From NCBI GenBank assembly GCA_963833135.1, contig CAWHWW010000010.1:16822-80821 (forward strand): 64,000 nucleotides of DNA, in the 5' to 3' direction. The position numbers were made by a program, and so were the translations under genes. Within the stretch, counting starts at the first letter, position 1; every line of letters starts with the position of its first letter. Positions 54,563 through 62,636 of this stretch are shown one piece after another. The stretch comes from an uncultured cyanobacterium. Lineage in GTDB: Bacteria; Acidobacteriota; Vicinamibacteria; Vicinamibacterales; UBA2999. A model generated the notes under the pieces. The model was not told where the DNA came from. It saw only the letters and a program-made list of their open reading frames with translations, and made no database searches.

Positions 54563-55069
54563 ATGACACGCATCGGGATTACCGGACATCAACGGTTGGA
54601 CGATGAGACGACATGGCAATGGGTGAGCATCGCCTTGGCTGACGCCGTATCACGGTCACCTCGTCCTTTCGCAGGCCTGAGCTCGCTCGCGATTGGCGCC
54701 GATCAGCTTTTTGCGTCGATCGTGCTCGATCAAGACGGTGCGCTCGAGGTCGTCGTGCCGTTTCCTGACTACCGGAGCCGTTTCGCCGACGAGCAGGATG
54801 CGAAGCGCTACGACGCCTTGTTGTCGCGCGCGTCACGTGTCGAAGTCCTGCCGGCACAAGCGTCCGACGAGAAGGCCTACCTGGCGGCCGGAAAACGAAT
54901 CGTCGATCGCAGCAACGAAATGTTTGCGGTGTGGAATGGTCAGCCAGCCGCCGACGTCGGCGGAACCGGCGATATCGTGCAGTACGCGCGAGAGCGTCGG
55001 ACGCCTCTTGACCGTGTTCAATCCCGTGACCCGGACGGTGCTCCTCCCGGACCGCCGGTTGGCGAATGA
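54563..55069 (+). CDS. stand-alone SLOG/YpsA-like Rossmann-fold protein (putative nucleotide-derivative binding)
   Basis: MTRIGITGHQRL, LSSLAIGADQLFASIVL, EVVVPFPDYRSRF, MFAVWNGQPAADVGGTGDIVQYARERRTPL. This pattern matches my memory of YpsA/DprA-type SLOG motifs (G.TG..., G.A.G.D, vwdG...GGT..v.yA). Alternative TTG start at 54488 inside the repeat. Confidence 0.45.
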   Translation: MTRIGITGHQRLDDETTWQWVSIALADAVSRSPRPFAGLSSLAIGADQLFASIVLDQDGALEVVVPFPDYRSRFADEQDAKRYDALLSRASRVEVLPAQASDEKAYLAAGKRIVDRSNEMFAVWNGQPAADVGGTGDIVQYARERRTPLDRVQSRDPDGAPPGPPVGE

Positions 55070-55091
55070 TTCTCTCTGAGAGAAACCTGTC

Positions 55092-56505
55092 ATGCCTGAA
55101 CTGAGGAAAGTCTTCATCAGCCACTCTCACAAGGACGAACCACTGGCCTCGGCGTTCCGTGACACGCTGAAAAACATCTTCAACAACGTCGACGTCGCTT
55201 TTTCGTCTGACAAGACCGTTGGAGGAGGACCCTCGTCCGGGTCGAACTGGCTCGAGTGGATACACACTCGCATGCGCGACTGTCAGGAGTCACTGCTGTT
55301 GCTGACGCCGTATTCGATACGGCAGCCCTGGCCGATGTGGGAGGCGGGCGCCGTCGGCGGGATGGCGATCATCAATCCGGATCCGGCTGCCGCCCCGTTG
55401 AAGGTGGTGACGCCGATTCGCTTCAACATCGCGCAGGAAGCGCTGCCCGGCCCTTTCGTCGTCACGCAGGCAATCGACGGGCGGGATCCGGAATCGCTCC
55501 GAAAGCTGCTCGGCGATCTGATGAAGCGCTATGACTACGCGGGAACGCCGCAGGCGACCTATAGAGCCGTGCTGAACGATCAGATTCCTTCACTGGCCCA
55601 GACGATCAAAGGCTGGCTCGAAAACTCTCCGCCCATGGTGACCGAGGGGATGGTGATGGAGTGGTGCAGCCGGCTCGATGAACTGCGCGACCAGCGGCGC
55701 AGCTCGGAGGTCCGCTACCTGCACCACTGGATCCGCCTGATGTACGAGGGCCCGCAACAGGAGGAAGCGGACCGGCAGACCTGGAGCCAGACGCCGCGCC
55801 GGGAAACGTGGGACCTGCGCCTGCATTTGCGGCTGGCGCAGAACTACACGATCGCGCAACAGTACAAGGAAGCCATCGAGCAGTATTTGCTCGCGGCGCA
55901 ACTCGCGCCACTCGACGCGTTCGTCCTGCACCGTCTCGCCCAGGTCTATCTCGACGTCGCGGATGCGGACGCTTCGCGGCGGACGATCGATCAAGATCCT
56001 GAACCTCGACAAGGACGCCTTGAAATGGAATGCCGAGATCGCCGGCCTCGAGGGCCGTTATTGGAAGGACCAGGGCCGGAGGCATCAGGCCGAGAGCAAG
56101 CCCCAACAAGCGCAGGAGTCGTTCAGGAAATCGCTGCAGGCGTACGAGGCGGCAATGAACATCGACGGAGTCAAAGTTGATTTCTACATGGCCGACAACG
56201 TCGGGCAGTTGAGCCTGACGCTCGGCGACATCCCGGCTGCCAAGAGAGCCTACGAGCGCGCGCGCGTCGCTCTCGAGAATGTGACCCGCGAGACTGAGAG
56301 CGTGTGGAGCCTTGCGACGCGTGCGACCGCCGCACTGGTGCTGGAGGTTGATGACAAAGAGGCGCTCGACTACCTTGCCCGCATTCGGGAGTTCGAGCCG
56401 ACCGATTCCCAGAAGGCCAGCATCTCCCGGGGGCTGCAGCTGATCAAAAAGGCGCTCGACAAGACGGACGCCGACTATCGGCGCTGGGTCGGTCTGCTCG
56501 GATAG
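55092..56505 (+). CDS. TIR-domain protein fused to a TPR/DUF4071-like helical repeat module, one frameshift near 55985
   Basis: TIR: RKVFISHSHKDEPLASAFRDTL...SLLLLTPYSIRQPWPMWEAGA. Repeats: LRLAQNYTIAQQYKEAIEQYLLAAQLAP, VLHRLAQVYLDV, AEIAGLEGRYWKDQG (resembles the DUF4071 GR.YKD signature), SFRKSLQAYEAAM. Confidence 0.7.
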
Positions 56506-56506
56506 A

Positions 56507-56536
56507 CGGCGCCCGCTACCGTGCGGGCTCCTGCCG
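56507..56536. terminator. Short GC hairpin between convergent operons (GCCCGC-TACCGT-GCGGGC)
   Basis: Read directly at 56511-56528, with flanking CGGC/GCCG extension. It sits in the 33-nt spacer between stops 56505 (+) and 56539 (-). No clear U-tract. Confidence 0.35.
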
Positions 56537-56538
56537 AT

Positions 56539-57608
56539 TCAGTCGCGCTCGCGGGGCATGATCTTGGCTTTCTTTTTTCTGGCCTGCCGCGCGGCGCGGC
56601 GAACCGGTTTCCGGACGGCCCGCGCGCGTGTCGAGGGAGGCGCGATCGTTCGCAGCCGCGGCGCCACACGGGCGGTGGTATCGGCCGCCGGATCCAATAC
56701 GTAGCGGGGCAGGATCCCCTGGGTATAGAGCAACCCGTAGACCAGCGCCTGATTGGTCTTGTGGCCCGGCTTGAACACGTTGTTCTCGAGCCACTCCTTC
56801 GCGTGTGCGAGGCCCCGTCCGAGATCGATGTCGACATCGGCCGAGTGCACCATCGACGCGGGGTCCCCGCCAGGCAACGGCATTGCGTCCTTGGAGAACG
56901 ACAGTTGAACGTTTCCTTCGGCGAACCGCGTGTGCTTCCAGCTGTCGGGATGCGCGGGCAGATCGGCCAGGTCACCGCCGGGGGCGCCATGTCCCGGCGC
57001 GCCGGCAAACTCGCTTGCGCGCGGCATCCGCGCCTTGAGCGCGGCGTATCGAAAAACACGAACGCCCGATCGACGGCGACGTGACGCACGCCGCGCACGA
57101 ATCCGAGGAGCGGGGCCCCATCGAGAACGGTTTCGCGCAGCTTGGCCTCGATGTTCAGAAAGGCCATCTTGGCGGCCGACGTCCAGCGCACGAAAGGCCG
57201 CAGCGTCGATGCCGCTTTTTGGCGCCACAAACGGCGACGCGATCTGCTGCGAGACGATCGAAGCCGTTCGGGAGATCGGTCGTTCCGGGTGCATCGGGCA
57301 CCAGCATCAGCCGCAATACCAGGTCGTCGCCTTCGACGTTCTCCGGAACCCGAATGAAGTCCCGGCGCCGGATCAGTTGCCACGCCGGCCGATGTTGAGG
57401 CGCCGAAAACGTGATGCCGTACACCTGTCCGGCATCGAAGGGCAGCGCGAGCCGGAGCTCGAGCGTCGATTCGTCGGTCTTTCCCTGGAAGAGGAGACGC
57501 GGACCGCCGGAGGCGAAGACGTCGGAGACGCGGATGCTCAGCGGCACCGCCGCGCCAGAGATTTCGATCGCAGCCGTAGAGGATGACGGTCAGCCGTTTC
57601 TCGGTCAC
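56539..57608 (-). CDS. unrecognised protein, last gene of the gasdermin operon, basic C-terminal tail, at least 3 frameshifts
   Basis: GTG 57608 lies 5 nt after GGAGG, which follows the gasdermin TAA. Pieces: PLSIRVSDVFASGGPRLLFQGKTDESTLELRLALPFDAGQVYGITFSAP; AAKMAFLNIEAKLRETVLDGAPLLGFVRGVRHVAVDRAFVFFDT; HSADVDIDLGRGLAHAKEWLENNVFKPGHKTNQALVYGLLYTQGILPRYVLDP; tail RKPVRRAARQARKKKAKI. Confidence 0.5.
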
Positions 57609-57618
57609 CGTCGCCTCC

Positions 57619-58428
57619 TTACTGCGCCACGCGCACGAAGGCGCCGCGAGTCTCGAGAAAGACCGGGCGGCGGGCGGCCCCGCCGGCCGGAGGAAAGGCC
57701 CGCGCCGCCGCTTCTCCGGCGCCCAGTTGCTGCGTCGTCAGGAACTGACCGGATTCGTCGAACACGAGTTGCACGGCCTGAAACGCGAACGCCACCGGTA
57801 CGGCGCCCTCGAAGGCGATTTTCGATTCCATTCCGCTGGCCGTGCCGACGTTGACGCTGCCGCCGACGGCTTGCTGAATGACCGGCACGTCGACCTTGAC
57901 CGTGGCGCCGTTCTCGCCCTGCGCCGCGACGACGATCTTCTTGGTCTTCAAGACCGACGTCACGACATAGACCTCGTCATCGAGCAGCTTCTCCAGCGTG
58001 CCGGCCGGAATGTGCGGGCTGATCCGTCCCGCCTTGACGAATTTTTCGACCGCAAGGACATCGACGACGTCCTCCATCACCGCGGCGTATTGGAAGGTCA
58101 CGGTGCGCGCCTTGTTGAAGGCGACGTCGAGACCAAGCTTGCCGCCGCCGAGCGCCGAGATGAACGCACCGAGGATACTCAACCCGATCGCGACGTTGAC
58201 CTTGCTGGTTTCCTTCCCCTCGATGTCGATGCCCGGATTTCCGTCCCGCCGCACATCAGGTGCGGCGATCTCGCCGGCGTCGACGAGATCCGGCACCATG
58301 CCGAGACGCGTCAGATCCTTCCCGTCACGGTGCATCAGCTCGAGCGGTTGCGCCGATGCGCGCGGAAAACGAAACACACTGAACCCGAAGCTGCGCAGGA
58401 ACGTGATTGACTGATCAGGTCTCGACAT
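57619..58428 (-). CDS. bacterial gasdermin (bGSDM) homolog
   Basis: Intact 269-aa ORF from ATG 58428. FLRSFGFSVFRFPRASAQPLELMHRDGKDLTRLG, VAIGLSILGAFISALGGGKLGLDVAF, VPVIQQAVGGSVNVG, IAFEGAVPVAFAFQAVQLVFDESGQF match the bGSDM consensus as I remember it (GLSILG..I.A.GG.KLGLD; VP.IQ..VGG.V.V; EG.VP..F.FQAV.L). Followed by a ~35-aa tail. It lies 8 nt downstream of a caspase-like gene. Confidence 0.75.
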   Translation of the reverse strand: MSRPDQSITFLRSFGFSVFRFPRASAQPLELMHRDGKDLTRLGMVPDLVDAGEIAAPDVRRDGNPGIDIEGKETSKVNVAIGLSILGAFISALGGGKLGLDVAFNKARTVTFQYAAVMEDVVDVLAVEKFVKAGRISPHIPAGTLEKLLDDEVYVVTSVLKTKKIVVAAQGENGATVKVDVPVIQQAVGGSVNVGTASGMESKIAFEGAVPVAFAFQAVQLVFDESGQFLTTQQLGAGEAAARAFPPAGGAARRPVFLETRGAFVRVAQ

Positions 58429-58436
58429 GTGACACC

Positions 58437-59279
58437 TCAGGCGGAAAACAGCGGCGTTTCGAACCGGGCGGTCCGGCCTTCGAGCTGCGGCACCTGCTCG
58501 AACTTCCTGGTCTTGAGTACGACAGCAGCGCGATCGTGCAGCTGTTTGTAGGTGAGCGCGGCCTTGCCCTTGCGCATGGCCTCGACGAGCGCGAAGGTGA
58601 GCGCGCCGTTGTAGCGGCCGTTGATGAAGGCGTCGGCCGAGGTCTGCGTGTCGCGGCACCCGGTGATGAGCACTTCGGGAAGGTCCGCCTTCACGATGTC
58701 CTTGGTCTTGCGGGCCGCCCGCGAGCGAGCGCCGGAGCTCGCTCGTGACCTTTCTCGGCAGACTCCGTCCGGATTCCACCGCTTTCAGGCTCGCAGGGAC
58801 TCGGGAGGTAGCGTTGCCTGACGGGCGCGTCGGGCGGCAGGAAGGCGCGCGTGTTGGTGCCCGAATGGCAGCAGTCCATGATGACCGTGAGGTTGACGCC
58901 GTCTTTCATCCCGTCGAACGTGGTGCGCAGCCAGTCGTCGCGGAGCGGATCGTCCCAGTCAAGATCGGTCGGGCAGAGGATCTCGTCGCGGCCGTCGGCC
59001 TCGTCGCTGTTGTCGTCGGGCACGTTCGAACCGTGGCCGGAGTAATGAAGGACGGCGACATCGCCCTTCTTCGAGTCGCGCAGCAAGCGCCTTGATTCCG
59101 GCCTCTATCGCCTTCTTCGTTGCCTCGAAGTCGGTGAGCACGGCGATGTCGCTCTTCTTGAAGCCGTAACACTCGACGAGCGCGGAGCTCAGGTCCTCCA
59201 CGTCGTTGACGCACCCCCGGAGATCGGCGCCGTCTATCCGGTATTTGTTGATTCCAATCAGCAACGCTCGCTTAGCCAT
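58437..59279 (-). CDS. caspase-fold (peptidase C14) protease, 2 frameshifts
   Basis: MAKRALLIGINKYRIDGADLRGCVNDV. His in VAVLHYSGHGS. Cys in LTVIMDCCHSGT. C-terminus VLITGCRDTQTSADAFINGRYNGALTFALVEAM. Pieces lie in ORFs 58959.., 58691.., 58437... Confidence 0.8.
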
Positions 59280-61182
59280 TCACACCCTCCCACTCCAACG
59301 GAATGCCGTAACCAGCTGGTCATCGGCGACGGAATCTGATTTGCGCCGGATCGGTCAGCAGGGCGCCCACGCCCTTCGTCGTCACCGTCGAACGGATCAA
59401 GCTCGCTGAGTGAACCGAACGAAAGCCCGGCGCGCTCTTCGATGGTTGCGATCCGTGTCTGCGAGGTCTTGTGCTTCCCGAAGACGAACTCCTCGTCGCG
59501 CAGAAAATCTTCCTGCGACATCGTGTAGCCGGTCGCACACAGCTCCCTGGTCTCGTCGTGGATGAAGGCGATGACTTTCCAGAACGAGCGTGGAATCAGG
59601 ACGCCGTCACGGATCGGATCGTCGGGCATCAGGAACGGTCCCGTCATGACGGAGATGCGCATGTCATCGGACCGCGCGTTGTCGAGCGCGTAGCTCTCGA
59701 GCGCGAGCCAGATGCCGCCGTTGAACGGCTGCATCTGGGGCACGGTGTTCGTCACGTGCATCGAGTCGCTGTTGCCGAGCGCCGCCTCGTCGGGATCGCC
59801 CCAGACCGGGTCTTCGCGACGCGTCATGTGGCCGCGCGAGAACTTCGGCTCGCTCCCATAGCACTCGTCCTTGATTTGCTGCCTGACGGGAATGCGAGGA
59901 TCGAGGCGCCACGAAGGACGCTTGAACCGGCGAGGCGTTGCGCCGTCGATGTTGCCGGCAGCTGAAGATACACAGACGCCGGCTGCGGCTCATCACCACC
60001 GAGAAGTGCTGATACTTGAGCTCCGATTCCTGAGCACCATTCCAGGGGAATGTGAGGACGTCGGCCGCATTGTTCACCAGCGGGCAGTGGCACATCCACT
60101 CCGACAAACCGCGGGTCATACCCCTTGCGCCCGATGTAATCCTCGGGCACGCCTTCGACGAACACCTCGTAACCGGCAGGCGTCCCGGCGTCCGGTGTCG
60201 GCGTGACGATGGCGTGAGGAGTGACGGGACCCTGGGGCGGGCGGCTCGAGGGCTTTCCGGGCTTCGGATGTCGCACTTGTTCGAGGCGCTCCGCAACGAC
60301 CGTCATCGGTACGGCGTAGTTGGTTTCGAGAAAGCGGCCCGCGAAGTGCAATCCGACGGCGTGCCCGGTCCCCAGATCGAGCACGACCGAACCCGAGTTC
60401 CCTCCAAGCGTCGAACAGTCGTGGAGCAGGACATCCGTTTTCGCCTCCGTCACTTGACCCGGAGCCAGGCGCTTCTTGTCGAACACGTCGCCGAAGATCG
60501 ACTGCACCAACTGCTCGTCGGGCGCTCGGCTGTCCCTGGCGGGATATCCGATCACGGCCACCTGCTGCGCGGCGTGAGGCGGTGACACCGAGAGCGGGAT
60601 CGGAGGCGCGAGCGCCTGACCGCGCGATTCGCCCACGCGCAGGAGCGCGAAGTCCGGGCCATCGTCGTCTTCGATGTGCAGGATCTCGACGATCGGGAAC
60701 GAGAGGCGTTCCGGCCGGCCCACTTCTTCGAGGAAGTCGATGGACACGCCGGATGGTGATCCGTCTTCCTTCTTGAACATGAAACGATCGCGCCCTCGTT
60801 GCCCGAACTCACGCGCCACGTGACGATTCGTCACGATGGTGTCCTTCTCCACGAGCCAGCCCGTGCCGACGTACGGCACGCCCGGACGACCGGTGACGTT
60901 GATGCGTCCGACGGCACCCGCCGCGCGCTGCAGCTGCGCGCTCGAGGCCTGAAGACGGGTGCGCCAGACCTCGCTTTCGCTTTCCCTGAATTCCAGTTGT
61001 GCCGCGCCGCCGACGACCGCCAGAACCGGCCGTCCCACGCGAAGCACGATATTTCGAAGGCTCTGACCCGCATCGCGAAGCGAGCGGGTACCGCTGATCT
61101 GTCGGAGTTCGTCGGCGAGCAGCCGATCAGCCGTGTCGAGGGTCGAGATGAGTTGCTTCAGCCATTCGTCGAGGTCTCCCAT
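59258..61182 (-). CDS. fusion protein: N-terminal helical region + trypsin-like serine protease + DNA/RNA non-specific (NucA/EndoG, beta-beta-alpha-Me) endonuclease; at least 2 frameshifts
   Basis: Protease triad: TIVTNRHVAREF (H), GPDFALLRV (D), CSTLGGNSGSVVLD (S). Nuclease: KYQHFSVVMSRSRRLCIFS, hand-read AAGNIDGATPRRFKRPSWRLDPRI...EPKFSRGHMTRREDPVWG, NTVPQMQPFNGGIWLALESYAL. The stop is uncertain (59258 or ~59320). Confidence 0.75.
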
Positions 61183-61202
61183 CGCAGCCTTGCCAGAAGC
61201 GC

Positions 61203-62526
61203 CTATTGAAAGGTCTGCGGACGATAGACGGACAGAATCTGCTCGATCATCGCTTCACGCGACGGGTAGCGGCTTTCGTCGTAGCAGCCGAGCGGGTTCT
61301 CCGGTGCATTCACCAGGCAGCGGTTGCAGTACGTGCACGGGTTCTCCGGCCGGCCGATCCCGTTCGCGAACTGCTGCACGAGATCGTTGTTGGCGATCAG
61401 CGGCCGCGCAATGGTCACCGCGTCGCAGTCGCCACGAGCGATGGCGTCTTCGATGATCGCGGCCGTCTGGAATCCGCCGGTGCACAGCACCGGAATGCTG
61501 CCCACCGCCTGCTTGATCGCGCGGGCATCGTGGAGATTGAGTCCTTCAATCTTGTCCTTCGGACCGCGCGCGTTTTCCCATCGTTTCCTGAACAGTTCCC
61601 CGGTGATCCGCCCGCTGAACAAGATGTAGTTTCTGAGCGCCAGCACGCCGCTCGAGATCAGGCTGTCGTACGTCTTTCGCAGCTCGTCCACCGGCAGATC
61701 GCCGGCCGGATTCTTCGGGTGTGGAAACGAGCTGCCCGGACGACACGTGGATGGCGTCCACGCCGTCTTCCTTCAGCCACTGACAGACCTGGACGGAATC
61801 CTCCACGGTGTTGCCGGGCTTCTCGTCCGACAGCATCGCGTCGTTGAATTCCGTCGCGCTGATCTTCATCTGCAGGTGGAAGTCCCGCCCCACGCGCGCG
61901 CGGATTGCCTGGACGATCTCGCGCACGAACCGTGCGCGGTTGGCGAGCACGCCGCCGTATTCGTCGGTGCGATCGTTGATTGCGGAGCTGAGAAACTGCG
62001 TGATCAAGTAGCCGTTCGCGCCGTGCAGCTCCACGCCGTCGAGGCCCGCCTCGCGCGCGCGTCGTGCACCCTCGGCGAAGGATTGGATCGCTTCCTTGAT
62101 CTCGGCGAGCGTCATCGCTTCGCATTCGAAGCCATGTAGCGGATCACGTTTCCCCGTCGAGCTGAGACCCTTCGGATAGTCGAAGGTCGCGATGTCGCGT
62201 TGCCGGCCGCCATGGCTGAGTTGGAGGATGTACTTGCAGTCGTGTTCGTGCACGGCGTTGCCCAGCGCACGCCAGAACGGAATGCGATCGTCGCTCACGA
62301 TCGTCGCGTAATTCGGCAGGATGCGCCCGCGCTGATGCACCGGCACGAACGACGACACGATGGCGCCGACGCCTCCGCGCGCGAACTTGACTTCCCAGTT
62401 GATGCGCGCCTGCGCGCCAGTGCCATCGTAGTTGTCGAAGCGGCCCGCGATGTTCGATCGCAGAATGCGATTCTTCACCGTCAGATTGCGGAAGCTCAGG
62501 GGCGAAAAAATGCGTTCGTATGGCAT
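61203..62526 (-). CDS. Old Yellow Enzyme-family NAD(P)H:flavin oxidoreductase, frameshifted
   Basis: ATG 62526. MPYERIFSPLSFRNLTVKNRILRSNI, ILQLSHGGRQ, GLDGVELHGANGYLITQFLSSAINDRTDEYGG, DAVTIARPLIANNDLV. C-terminal piece in ORF 61203..61691. Its stop is only 20 nt upstream of the protease-nuclease start. Confidence 0.85.
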
Positions 62527-62636
62527 GGCGGCGCGAATTATATGCGCAAAAGGCGGGTGCACGAATTTCGATCTGTGGCATAGTCTGCGATTCTGCACGC
62601 TGATCATCGAGCACGTGGTTCTGCTGCGAGGGATGA

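Noticed and set aside
52501-56505. Classifying the TIR/SLOG operon as canonical Thoeris
   Set aside because: There is no ThsA-type SIR2-SLOG or Macro/TM-SLOG effector. The SLOG-like protein is stand-alone, and the TIR carries a large TPR module. The resemblance is only at the level of domain logic.
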